A stretch of 61,310 nucleotides of DNA, filler included, from Basidioascus undulatus (lineage: Eukaryota), in NCBI GenBank assembly GCA_000826855.1. It is 5 parts of 5 records of this genome, joined end to end, with 100 filler letters (N's around TTAATTAATTAA, not from the genome) between each part and the next. Parts side by side here need not be neighbours in the genome. Positions count along the whole stretch, not along the records: positions 49,137 to 61,310 come from JTLS01000939.1; 4 more parts are not named here. One strand, written 5' to 3'. The first letter of the stretch is position 1; each line of letters starts with the position of its first letter. Positions 49,137 through 61,310 of the stretch are shown in pieces. The position numbers and the translations under genes are program-made. Below the pieces are notes generated by a model. That model was not told the DNA's origin. It saw only the letters and a list, made by a program, of their open reading frames with translations, and did no database searches.

Positions 49137-49900
49137 GATCGGCAGGGTTTTGGGGAGTTGGTGGCGGGGCAGGGGGAGGAGGGTGTGGGGGGAGGGAGAA
49201 GAGATGGTGGAGGGAGAGGGGGAGGCAAAGGGGGGAGAGAAGACGCACCATCGATCCGCAACGACCGCCGCGCCCCAGATTCTCCTTCTGCGCGCCGCCT
49301 CTTGCTCGTTGTCCGTCGTGGGAGGCTCGCGATGCAGCCCGAGGTCCTGGGCCATCCGAATCGCCTATCCCTCCCACATCCCTCAGCCCCTCACCCCCAA
49401 CACCTCCTCCTCCGCAACACCTCCTCCTCCCCAACACCTGTTCTCCCCCTCTCCCGTCTCACAGCCTGACCACAACGCCCGGCGGAACGCGTCCGACATG
49501 CGCCTTCTCGTCATATCGGATGCGGTCCGTGTCCGGATGGCGCTCTGGAAGGCTGGAAACCCCATCATCAGCGCCCGGGATTACCGAGCTGGGAAAGGAG
49601 GAGATAAGACCCACTCTGGTAGCCAGGCTGCTTAGCCGTACGTCCGTGCCCGCCCGGAACCCCTGCGACCCTCGCGACCCCTGGTTACCCTCCCCAGTCG
49701 CGGCAGTGCCGGTTGTGGCGTTGTGCACGAGCTCGAAGCTGCGGAGCGAGAGAGTGAGTGAGGGTCAGCCACCGGAAGGTCCGAAGATGAAAGTGTGAGG
49801 GAAGACTTACTTGGCAAGCCAGAGAGCCGCAACAAGGTCGTTGACCGCCCGAGGTGCAGACGTAGACCCGCTGCACAGTCGGCTATCGGTCCAGCTCGCG
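49137..49900 (-). CDS. Fragment of a fungal-specific TF domain gene (3'-partial; upstream part irregular)
   Basis: Clear exon AIRMAQDLGLHRE...ARRRRIWGAAVVADR at ~49248-49364. Upstream exons could not be joined cleanly. Confidence 0.55.
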
Positions 49901-50729
49901 CCTGCGTACGGTTCCATCCCTATCAGTAAATGCCGCCAGGTCGGTCTGATCAGGTCCATCTGAAGAGATGGGAAGGGACGCACTCGATAGTGTCCTCGAA
50001 GTAGGCCACCACCTCCAATGGAATGATGAGGGTGGCAACGGCAAAGGAAGCGCGGAGCGGGAAGGTGCGATCCGGTACTGGAGGCGGACGGTGCGATTGG
50101 TTAGTGAGGGGATGGGCACTTCGAGGTGTACTGGAAGGAATGAATGTTGGGAAAGAGAGGAGAAGAGCTCGTGCGGGGGCGGCGTTCTGCCTGTTGCGGT
50201 TTGTTTTCAGGTCCGACGACAGCAACGCACGTCGACCAGGTGTACCTACACAGGTTTCATGTCTTGAATGGCTTGCTGGCACATCAATGCAGCGACGGGA
50301 CCGCTGATGCTTCCTTGAGCAAAACTTATTGTAAAACGGAAGTTTTGATATACCCTTGTCATGCGCGCGGTCTCCGCTCAACTGAATGAAGTGGGCTTGA
50401 GTCGGCGGCGAGGCACAGCTTCATTGCCCTCAGGAAAGAACCGCTGGTGTGGAAAGTGCTCGCCGGGTTTCATTAACTGTGATCTTTCAGGAGGCCAAAG
50501 GTCCAGTAAAATTGATGCAGAGTGTTTCGTCCATGGCAGTAACACGGGTACAGCGGAGAAGTGCACAGCTTCATGCCTGCATATACGTCTGCATAACCCA
50601 AGCACTCTTCATCTCTCAATGTGCTCCCATGTGTATGGATAATAGCGCTCGACCGTCATAGCCCCATCACCAGCCCTGCACACCGTACAGCGAAAGAATG
50701 TTTCATCGTTGCACCAAATGAGCCGCTCA

Positions 50730-51685
50730 AGGCAAGGAAACACGCCCGCATACACTTCCGTCCGCCTTAAGATGGCGGCTTCGCGTACCTCGCAAAAATT
50801 TCCGTAAAGTGGGTCCTCGTTGGAGGGGGGGGAAAAGGCTTGAATGGAGGCTTCGATGAAGGCTTTGGTGGAGGACAGGTCTGTGTCGCCGGAGGCACGC
50901 AGGGCAAGCCGACGAAGCCGCTGGAGCGGCTAGAAGATATCCAGCATGTTGTAGTCGGCCTAAAGTACAGCTTGGGGTTAGGAAAAAGACTTCTTGTGTG
51001 CAGGAAAGTGAAGGGATGCGCCGAAGCGTCATCGTCCCAATAGATTTCAAGGCACTCGAGAAGCAACGCCATCCTTACCAGCTCAGTCAGCGCCGCATGA
51101 GTTGGCATGCGCGCAGTGAGAATGTCCGCTATCACAACCTTTAGAGTGCAAAGTTTGTAAAAAAACAAAGCAACCTAGATCGTGGTTGTCTGCCAGATAG
51201 GAGTGTCCCAGCGGACAGAGGCGGGCGAGGTTCGGGCAGCGAAAGCGAGCGCGTCTGTAAGCCGCTATAGAGGAAGCTCCGAACGGGGTCCAAGGGTGGG
51301 AAAGAGGCAGAAAGTCCTGTGTACTCTTGCCCTTCCCAGGGCAGCGGCAGGGAGAGGCAATCGACAGTTGGACAGTGTCGAAGGAAGACAACGAGCTGTT
51401 CCGCCTGGAGTGGAGAGTCCGTCGCGGGCACGTCAAGCACACATAGGTCTCTGCAATCCCAAGATAAGCCCAGGACTAGTGGATTCTGCAGAAGCAGAAT
51501 TGTGGGCACTTGATCAAGCGCCCGGCCCCCCCCTCAACAGTGAAGAACGTGAACTGCTCAGGGTCATGTACGGTGACGCGACGGTAGAGAAAGGCGAGGC
51601 ATTCTTTCCGGAAGGAGGAGTTGACTATAGAGAAATTGAAGATGTCTGTCTTCGTTGGGCCTTCCTCTGCAAGATACCGATGTCT
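50730..51685 (-). pseudogene. F-box/LRR-like gene relic lacking its 5' end
   Basis: RYLAEEGPTKTDIFNFSIVNSSFRKECLAFLYRRVTV, then frame changes with LRR-like FLRHCPTVDCLSL and CPNLARL. Confidence 0.45.
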
Positions 51686-51699
51686 TGAAAGGGCCCAAA

Positions 51700-51876
51700 A
51701 TTTGGTCAACTGTGCCAGCCTAGTCAACTGTGAGTTTCTCGGTCAATGTTATTCAAAGTGTCTGTGTTAAAGTCAATTTCTATTCAAAGTGTACTGCCTA
51801 CATTCAATTTGGTCAATATGGCGGCGCCCAGTCAGTCTATTCAATGCTGCAGCTTGAGTGTCAACTGTAGTCAATG
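51700..51876. repeat. AT-rich segment with about 11 same-strand (G/T)TCAA motifs
   Basis: GGTCAAC, AGTCAAC, GGTCAAT, TATTCAAAGTGT x2, AGTCAAT etc., between two gene relics. Confidence 0.6.
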
Positions 51877-51899
51877 TACGTTCCTAAGAACCCTCACAT

Positions 51900-52677
51900 C
51901 AACAGCCGTGAAGTCTCACATACACATTGTTGTTCAAGAAGGCGTAAAGCACACAGAAGGCCCAGCATTTCCCGACAGGTCAACCTGACCTAGCATCCTT
52001 CGGCATGCTCGACGTATCAAACGGCCCAGAGCAAATCATCTTGCACACCGAAGCGGTTTCGCACACCCAGGGGTCCTATCCAAAATGTCACCATGCGAGG
52101 CCCGTGCCAAAGCGCCTCCAAGCACCGATTGAAAACAGTCCGCACTTGGTCGACAATGTCCATCTCACTCGGCTGGCGATAGGGGTCCAGCACAGTGTAC
52201 AATCCAAGCTTCGCGACCTTGAGAGCCTGCGCATTGCGAGCAAATCTGACGAAGCCGGATAAGTATGCCCGGTTTAAAGGAGGGCAAGGCGGGTGAGGGG
52301 CGGAGCGTGCTTCTTTAGCGAGCATAGATTAGGGAGAAGAAGCGTTCTTTGTACTGGTACGGCTTTTTGAGCTCCCAGTACGGATTGTCGTCGGGCAGAT
52401 AGAGCTCATGAACCTTCGAGATCAAGTGCGGGCATGATGGGAGAGTGCAAGCAAAAGCTTCGAGGCGAAGGACTGTAAGCTTCAAGTCTTCGGACACGAG
52501 GTTGACAGAGGAGTAGAGTAAGGGTGCGGCGAACTCGTTGAAGGTGAGGGATACGAGAGCGAGCCTGGCCAGCGTAGCGGTATCGGTACTGGGCACGAAA
52601 GCCTTCGGCTAAGGAGGGGCAGCAGCCAGCTCGATGATGCGTTTGTAGATCTCAGCAGGGAAGGGAGGGAAAGGCAT
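51900..52677 (-). pseudogene. F-box-like gene with premature stop
   Basis: MPFPPFPAEIYKRIIELAAAPP*PKAFVPSTDTATLARLALVSLTFNEFAAPLLYSSVNL. In-frame TAG at 52609-52611 and a frame change near 52320. Confidence 0.65.
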
Positions 52678-53846
52678 TGTCGATAGGTTGAGTGAGCGAC
52701 AAGAGTGGTTGGGTGAGGAAGAGAGCAGGGCGGAACGTTCGTGAAGCGGGTCAGCTCCGCCTGCTCGCGGCAAGACTGTCAACAGTCCGAAATTTATCAG
52801 AAGGTTGGAAACAAAGCCAGAGTTTCTCGGCACTTTATGGCCGGTGCAAAGGGTTGAGAAAGCAGAAGAGGCACAAGGGGCACTCACGCCCGCTTGCAGC
52901 GCAGTCATATACCACTTTAATTCCAGCAAAAAAAATCAACAATCAATCATGATTCCAGCTGGGTGAGCCTAAGCAGTAGCCACACCAGATCAAACAAGCC
53001 TGGCCTCAGTTGTGCGGACAACAAGTGTTCACACCTGCTGATGGCTGTAGCTCAGCTAACTTGCCATGCATCCACCTTTTTTCTTCTTTTCCAGGGTCCG
53101 ATACACCCTTGCATCATATTGACAGTCACTGGCCTTCAGAAACTGCAGCCGAGCATAGTATGAGCCTGAAATCCCCTCTGCGCAAAAGCTGTCACACCCG
53201 CTGATAGCTGTAGCTCAGCCGGCTCGCAGCACAGAAGTAGCAATTTTTCTGAAGTGAACAGGTGCATCCTCCATCACTCTTGCAGTCAACCAATCTCCAG
53301 CTTGACAGTGCTAGGCATCACCGACCGGTGCTACTGACTGTGAGCACTTCAGATCTGACTGCCTGTTTGTCAGTTGAATAACCTTTGCCTTTGAGCACCA
53401 AAAATGCACTTGATGGGCAACGAGTACATCATGCCCTGCCTTTGCGGGCAGTCAGGCTGGCTGATCGCCGTGAAATGCGAGGAGGGCATGTTACTCCCCC
53501 CCACTCCCCCTCGCGCATTCGACCCTCGGTGCATCCTTTCTGGTTCAAAAGAGAGAACCTTCTCTTGTATTGTGTACTTGATGGTTCCTTGATCCCACTT
53601 TGTTAAACGAGCTTGAGTGACACACAAAACAGATCAAGCCGCACCCCGCACACGCTCGCTTCACAACATAACATCGATCGTAATCCGAAGCAAAGCAAAG
53701 CAAAGCACCGCAGAGCATCCAAGCCCATTACCGCCAGCGCTCCCTCGCGCTCCCTCCTCCCTCCTCTCTCCTTCCCCAAACCTCTCAACCCCCAGACCGC
53801 CTCGAACCCCGCAAACCCCCGATATACCCCTCCACCGACCCAAGCC

Positions 53847-54866
53847 CTACTCCCAAGCAGCATTCAAAAATGCCAGTAAATCGCTCCTATTTGCGTCCCT
53901 TTCCTTATCCTCCTTGTTCTTCTCAACCTTCAACTTCAACTACCCTCCCCAGCCACCACAGTTCAACTTCTTTCCCCCATCTCCCCACCTTCTACCAGAC
54001 GCACCTTCTTCCCAGTAATAGAGCTGTACCGCTCGCCCTCGTCTTTCGAGTCACGCCGCTTGGACTTGGACTTGCGGCGCTTGCGGCGGGATGAGTCGGA
54101 GTCGGAGTCGGAGTCGGAGGTGGAGTGGGAGCGCCGGCGGCGGTGGTGCCGGGATGGAGAGCGGGAACGGCCACGGGACTTGGAAGTGGGGGAACGGGAG
54201 CGCGAGCGAGAACGGTGCCGGCCGTGGTGATGGTGTCGCGAGGGAGAGCGAGAGCGCCAGCGCTCGCGAGGCTTTGAGAATGAGGTGGAGGGCCCGCGGG
54301 GGGAGTGGGAGCGGGAGTGGCAGTGGGAAGAGCGGTGGGCGCGGAAGTCTGCGAACGGGGTCAATTAACAAGCTCATTTAGACTGGAGAATGCGATGGTT
54401 GAAACGCACCCCGCTCCCAATCCCTCTCCCTCTCCCGACACTTATATTCCCTCTCCCGCTCCTTCTCTCTGCTCTTCTCCCTCTCGTTGCCCCTGTCCTT
54501 CTCACCGTCCCGGACGCGCTCCTTCCCGCGATCCCACTCCCACTCCCTCTCTTTCTCTTTCCGCTCGTCTAGCCCCCCAGTCGTGTTTTCCCATGATCAG
54601 GCAGGCGTGCGGGTTACGGCGTCGGCGGCGGTGTGTCCGGATGAGGGGGCGGTTGTGCGTGTCAGCGGCGGCGCGGGAGGAGGAGAGAAGGAGGGGGGTG
54701 AGGGGAGAGGGGAGAGGGAACACACCTCGAGATAAGTGGGCGGGGGAGCGGGACCGATAGCGGTCGCGGTCGCGGTCGCTGGCGGAGTGGGGGCCTGGGG
54801 GACGGAAAAAGTCTGAATATATATTGTATGGAATTATGCGAGTAACATAGGCGGCGTACGATCCAT
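53847..54866 (-). CDS. Arg/Ser-rich nuclear protein, SR-25/ARL6IP4-like C-terminus
   Basis: MD|HFFRPP...RSRS repeats...RYSSITGKK|LKLKVEKNKEDKERDANRSDLLAFLNAAWE*. Confidence 0.72.
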
Positions 54867-55610
54867 TGTGTGGTGGGGAGCGTAGGCCGAGATGGAGATG
54901 GAGACGATGGTGGACGCTGGCAAGGGGGCGGAGCGCGCTGGGAGCGGGCCGGCCCGCGAGCGGTCTCGCTCGACGTCTTCTTTCTCGCTCGTCCACTCGC
55001 AATTCGATTCCACTGCTTCATTCGCCCATACATGCTGACCTGCGCTTACAAAACCACCATCAACAACTACTTTCATAAGCGTACTACACATCGCGACGAC
55101 CCATCGCGCTGACCCGCCCCAGCGAACCACTTCGGACGCCGTCCTCATCCGCTCACGGCCCGCCTGTCGACCCCATACTCGCCGTCGTGTCCTCCCATCC
55201 GCGCAGAACACACATCCTCAACTCACGGGCACCGCCCAACATGCGACGCGTATGACTGATTTTCAAAACATCGCTCGGACTTTGCGCTTTGCGCTTTGCG
55301 GGTTGTCCCTCGTCGACCACCAAGTCTTCGTACCCGCTTGCAATCGCTCGCAGTACGGTCGGCGCACGCCTTTCCTCCTCCTCTGTTCTTTTTCGGGCTC
55401 TCAGTTCTCTTGGTTTCTCGGACGAACGACGATCCGATACGCCTCACGACTCATCCTCCTCAACGCCCTCCTAACCCCTCGACGCCCTTCATCCCCTCAT
55501 ACGACTTGACGAACTCGAATCCATCATCCCACCATTCATCCGAACGAACAACAAATCAACGAACCAGCATCATACGACGGGCGCCACACGCCCACTCTCA
55601 CGCAAGCGCG

Positions 55611-58600
55611 ATGACACGCAAGTTCCTCGTCCCGCCGACCCTCGACGGCGGGAGCGGGGACCATCCATCGAGCGGCGGGTCGCTCTCGCGGAACCGCAAA
55701 GGCTCTCTAACACTCCGCAAGATGGTGCGCTCTCCCTCTTCCGCTTTCCCTTCCCAGTCCACCCAGACCCAGACCCTCACCCCCTCTTCCCTTCCACGCA
55801 GGTATCGACCCTCTCCCTCCGCCCTTCCCCTTCCTCCCCCGCGCCCACCTCCACGCCCACGCCCCCGCCCTCGCGCTCCCCCTCGCGCTCCTCCCTTCTC
55901 TCCTCCCTCACGCGCCGGGCCCCGGCCCCTCAAAAGCCGCGCGCACACATTCCCGCCTCCTTCGTCTTTGCCGACCCCGACCCATTCGCCGCCGCCCCGC
56001 CTCCTCACACCACCCAACAAGCCCAATGCACCATCCGCCCCGCCGTCGCTTCGAAGCGCGGCAGCTCGGGGAGCAGCAGCACGACCAAGCGCTTCTTCGC
56101 CTCCCTCTCGTCCGGCGGTCAGCACGTCCGCACGTCGGACTTGCCCCGCCGCTCGGCACTGCAGAACGTCGCGTTCTCCCCGAACGCCAATGCGAGCATC
56201 GCGGGTAAGAGGTCCAGCGCGCCCATCGCACCCGCGCTCAAGGTGGTCGTGGACGAGGCGACGCCCAAGGCGAGCACGATCGACTTTGGCTCGGCCCGCG
56301 CGGCGAAGAGGGACAAGGAGAACGCCCACGCCCCTACGCCCGCGCCGACGCTGGCGCTCGGGAAGGCGATGGCAAAGGAGAAGGAGAAGAAGGGCTTCTG
56401 GGCGAGTCTGCGCGTCAAGAGGAAGAAGGACACTGCGCCTGCCCCGCCGGCGATCTCGGTACTGCGGGACGGTGCGTGTCTCCCTTTTCCTCTCCCACTA
56501 ATTCAACACAGTTGACTGACGACACATCCCCACACACAGCGTTCTGTCCCCCCTCCCCGACCCCCGAGCCCTTTACGCCCATCCAAACGCCCACCTCTCC
56601 CTCCGCTTCCACCTCCGCGAACCCCTGCCCCGCGCGCCTCTCCGCGCACTCCGCCTACCACGCCCTCCCCTCCCCTCACTCCTCCTCGCACTCCGCCTCG
56701 AACTCAATCTCCCACCTTCCACCGGGGGCCGAGCCGACCCGGACGTCCCACTCAGGCTCGCACCTCTCCCCCGCGCCCTCGCTGCGCAGCTCGGCAAGCA
56801 CGACCTCCTTCAGCGACCTTTTCTTCGGTCCGGCGGCCTCGCGCCCAGAGAGCTGGGAGTCCGCAAAGGAGTCGAGCGCGGGGAGTCTGAGCGCGTGGGA
56901 CCCCGAGCGCGGGTGGGGCGGCCTGTCCCCTTCGCCCGCTTCGAGCCCACGCTCTTTCCCCCCGCGCGCAGCACACAAGCGCCTCCCCCTCACCGAGCAT
57001 GCCCCCCCGAGTTCATTCCGCCCCGACCGACCCAGCAAGACGAGCCTCGAGCGCCAGATCGCGAAGGTCAGTCTGGGCCCGGCGAGGCAGTACCGCATCA
57101 AGAAGGGGTCGAAGCCCGGCGCGGGCGGTGAGAGCTCGAGCCCGGAGAAGATCGCGAGCAACGCCGGGCTTGGGGACGTGCGCAGGTTGAGGGTGAAGAA
57201 GAGCACGCTGGGTGCGCCGGCGGGTGGGGGAGCGAAGCCGCGCCCCCGCGGACTGGTGGGCACGCCGAGGCGATTTGATGTTCAGAAGGGGTCGAGCGGT
57301 GGGTCTCCCTTCCTTCTTTGTGTTCCCGGCGGCATGGCACTGATACAGCGTACGGATGGATGACAGTGGGCGTCGACGCCGTCTCCCGCGCTACCACGGA
57401 CCTCTCGACGCTCCTCGCTGACTTCGCCGGCACGCCCGCGTCCGCCTACTCGCGCGCCAGCGGGCTCTCCGCGTCCCCGACACCCAAGGGCGGTGCGCTG
57501 CCCCCGCCAGCAATAATCGGCGGGCCGCGCCCGACCATCGTCGGTGGCTTGCCGTCGACCGCTCCGCCCGCGCACGAGGAAGATGCGGACCCCGAGAAGC
57601 TCCCGGAGGATCTTATGGCGATCCTCTCGTCCTCGGACGACACGATCACGTCCTCGTCCGCAAGCTCCTTTTCCTCCCACTCCCCCCCTTCCCCCCGCCC
57701 CGAAGGCCTCCCCCTCCCACCCGCGCCGGACTTGAAGCCCCAGCTCCCCCCCATCGTCCGGATGTCGCACTCCACCAGCTCCTCGGCGGACGGAGACAGC
57801 GAAGCATCCAGCTTCGACTTCACGGGCGAGATGGCGCGCCTCACCGCGCGCGGGAACGTCCGCGCGAGCTTTGTCGAGCGCGCGAAAGAGAGCTTGGGTG
57901 CAGACGCAGTGCGGGTCGTTTTCTCGCTTGCCGAGGAATCGGAATCCGAAGCCGAACCGGACAGGCCGTTTGTGGAGCTCGACCCAGCGTTCGACCTCCC
58001 CCAGGGGATGGCATCCCTCTGCCTCTCCCTCGGCGGCGAGCTCGCGCGCCCGCGCCCGTCGTTCGAGACGGACGCGAGCTCCGAGCGACTGCCGAGCCTC
58101 TTCGACGCGCCTCCCCGGACCTCGAGCGAAACAGACGCGTCCTCCTGCGCCGCGCCCTCCGAGCACTCGCACCAGTTCCTGCGCTCCTTTATCCTCAGCG
58201 CCCAAGGCGCAGACGACTCCGGCTTCGTGTTCGGCTCGCCGGCGTACAGCGCCGCGGGCGCGCAGGCGGAGGGGAACGTCTCGAAAGATCTGCCGCGGAG
58301 CGTGCTGGGGTATGGGAGCGAGTCAGAGGAGGGGGATGGCGATGGCGATGGCAATTTGCTGGATCAGGAGTGCAGGAATATCTCGGAGGAGGTGCGGAAG
58401 CGCGAGAGGGAGAGGGGCCAGGGGCATCGGAAGATGGAGTCAGAGTGCAGCATCGCGTCGATGAGCTCGTGGGTTCCTTTCTTTTCTTTTAGTTACCAAC
58501 GTCAAGTCTCTGACCTGAGCCTCACACCAGCTTCGGCGAGATCATCAAGCCCGGCCTTGCCAACCCGTTCGACTTCACGCCCACGCGCCCCGGTCGTCCC

Positions 58601-61310
58601 GCGCGCGCCCCACCCTCCGCCTCAACCTCGCGCTCCTCGCTCTTCCGTGGCGGGAGCGCGACCTCGCCCTTCGTCTTCGGTCGGGGCACCAGCTCGCGCC
58701 GCCAGTCCCTCTCCCCTGCACCCGAGTCCAAGCTCCGCATCACCCCCGGGTGCCTGCGCCTCAGCGCGCTCGAGCCCGACACGGAAGCGGAAGTCGAGGA
58801 CGACCGCTCCTCCGCCTCGAGCTTCGCGCATGCGCTGGGAGGCAGCGGCGCTCAGGCGCCCCCGCCCCACGGACACAGGCGCCTCGAGTCGTTCGAGAGC
58901 GCCAAGAGCTCGTTCTACTTCCACCCCGGCGCGCACGCCCGCCGCCCCTCAGACGCGACCACTGTGGGCGAGTCGGTGGAGTTCTCCCCGCCTGGCTTTA
59001 CGCTTGGAAACGGGAAGCCAAACGCAAGCTTTGGGAGGAGCAGGGGACACAGAAGAGAGGCGTCGGGGGACAGCTTCTTCTACCCCTCGAGCAGCGGTGG
59101 GGGGCCCGCGAACGTGCGTGTTGTCTGTCTGTTTCTTTTCGCCGTTCAGAGGCGGATGGACGTGAGACTGACAAGTGGGGTGGTTCAAGTTCGCCCCCAC
59201 CCTCCCTGCCTGGAAGCCGTCGCACAGGCGCGACGTCTCGTGCGACAGCGTCTTCTCCGGCAACTCGTCGTTCAACCCGCCCCCCTCGCGCTTCACCCAG
59301 ATGCGCTCCCGCCATGCGCCCAACGACTCCGCCGACTCGAGCCGCTCGGCGTTCAGCTTTGCGCGCCTCGGACGGCCGGGAATCAGCGAGAAGGTGGGTC
59401 GCTTTCCTACCTCCGTGAGCTAGATAGTCGGAACCGAGCCATTGATGTTGATCTTGATGTCGGTGATCCCAGATGTGGGACGAAATCGACCTCAACGTGC
59501 CGCTCGCCCCGATCGCTGCGTCCCCCGCGACCTCCCTAGGGAGCGGCAGCATCGCGCGCGACGGCCCAACGCCGGTTGAAGCGTCCTTTCCGAGCTTTCG
59601 GAGCACGGACGAAGAAGTGCTCGAGCGGTCCTCCTTCACCGAGAACCTCACCAGCGGGGGCGGCGACAGCCTCATCGACCAGCCCTCCTCCTCCGCGGGG
59701 TGGGACAGCATCCTCGACGCTGACGCCTCGCACGATTCCGGCGTTAGCTTTGCGCGCAAGCCCGCGGGCCCGCCCGTCTCGTTGCAGCGCACTCAGCAGC
59801 GCACTCAGCAGCGCACTCAGCAGCGCACTCAGCAGCGCACTCAGCAGCGCACTCAGCATAAGGTCGCTGCGGCGCTTGACCACTCCACGTTGGGCAACAG
59901 CGACGACACCGCGCTCATTACCATGATCGGCGGCGCGCAGAGTAGGCGCGGGTCGCTCCTCGACCTCTCGATCGAGCACTCGCCCTGCGCGCGCGTCGAG
60001 AAGCGCAAGGGCCCGCTTGTCGAGGCTGCGGCCAGCCCTGCGAAGCGTAAGGGCCCACTCGTCGACGCTATGGGCAGTCCCACGAAGCGCCGCGTGCTGC
60101 GTGAAGACAGGCCTGAGCTGGCCGCGGACATTGCGAGTCCGGAGTCGGCACGGTTCGGGAAGGGAAGGATGGAGATGGCTTGGGAGGGACTGTTGCGCGA
60201 GCGTGGAAGTCTCGAGGACACCTGCTTGACTGGGGAGGGGGAGGACCGTACGCTACTTCCTTGTACACGGTCGATGCATCAGCTGCTAACCCACTTGAAC
60301 TTCTCCCTTCAGTGACGGCCCCCGCCTTCCCTCGGCCCATCTCCGCCTCGTACCGCAACAAGCCTCGCTGGCGCTCCAGCGTCCCCGCGCAGAACGGGCT
60401 CTCCCTCTCCTGCACGACCGTCCCGCCCGACACGCCGCCTCTCACCTCGCCCTCGTCCTCCGAGTTCTCCGCCTCGAACCGCGGCTCGCTCGACCTCGAC
60501 TTCGGCGTCGTCGCCGCTGCGCTGCGGGTGCACCGGCACACGCGCGAGCCGTCCTCGCTCCAGGCGATCCTACCCGAGTCGTCCATCGAGGAGGACGAGA
60601 TCGCCCCGGCCCCGCGCATGGAAGTCCCGCTCCTTGTCCACTCGCGCAACACCAGCTCGGGCGACGACTCGATCCGCTCGGAGGACCCGCCTACGCCCCC
60701 GCCGGGCGCGCCCGCACTGCTGAGCGTGTTTGGAGGGGATGACGAGTTTGGGAGGGACGACACCGTCGGCCTGCTCGCAATTCAGCGCTATCAGCACTGG
60801 GAACGCAACGCCCAGGTGCGTCAACTATTGGTTCGTTTGGTGCAGGATGTTGAGCTGAATCTTGGCCGGCTCGCAGACCGAGATCTACCGGAGCCAGGCC
60901 CTCTACTGGGACAGCCCATACTCGATCGAGGCCATCGATGGTACGCTGAAGGTTTCTCGACCTTTCGAATGCACATTAGTTGACTCCAGTTCGTACCTGC
61001 ACAGCCTTCATCCCGCCCGTCAAAGCCTGCGACGTGAACGAGTTCCTCGTGTACTCGCAGGAGACCTTCAAGAGGCGCGCCTCGCTCCTGCAAGCCCAGC
61101 CCCTCGGTACCAGCGCCGTACCCAACGCTCGTCGACAGCGCGACGGTCTCCTGCACCACCGCACCCGCACCCGCTCCATCGTCACTCGCGAAGACGACCA
61201 CCTTGTCTCGATGCGCCACGTCGCAGTTCCCACACCGGCACTTCCTCCGGCACTTCGTCCCGCCCCCGCCCCGCCCCGCATAGAGTCCCCCACGCTCCCC
61301 ATGTCCTCGC
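55611..61310 (+). CDS. Large low-complexity Ser/Pro-rich hypothetical protein, multi-exon, 3'-partial
   Basis: Long GC-rich exons joined by GT-AG introns. Short ordered islands SFDFTGEMARL, ESECSIASMS, SIEHSPCAR, EDTCLTGEG, EFLVYSQETF. No domain recognised. Confidence 0.75.
59785..59856 (+). repeat. Coding minisatellite, 6 x 12 bp
   Basis: CAGCGCACTCAG x6 perfect, encodes (QRTQ)6. Confidence 0.97.

Overview
Intron-rich, GC-rich fungal genomic DNA. It is basidiomycete-like, possibly Pucciniomycotina; this is inferred from gene families and splice signals, not from a search. The window is five unrelated ~12.2 kb contigs joined by artificial 100-bp linkers (44 N + TTAATTAATTAA + 44 N), so adjacency across linkers means nothing. 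Intact-looking genes: a Cu-only SOD-like membrane protein, a TMEM184/OST-alpha protein, HAS1, RPS27, PHO85, UTP5, dynactin p62, a GPI chitin deacetylase, CDC28/CDK1, a GH5 exo-1,3-beta-glucanase, a Zn2Cys6 transcription factor, a Cof-type HAD hydrolase, a Prx5-type peroxiredoxin, an SR-25-like RS protein and a large Ser/Pro-rich protein. Between them lie many decayed genes: mannitol-DH-like SDR, Ohr, F-box-like genes, a GPI Ser/Thr-rich protein and probably a calmodulin-like gene. The most unusual locus is 37239-38240, a six-unit ~170-bp array whose two conserved boxes are complementary and separated by variable spacers. One unit is interrupted by a 131-bp TG...CA solo-LTR-like insertion carrying a tRNA-like Pol III promoter without an anticodon arm. 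All gene models were read by eye and no database searches were run.
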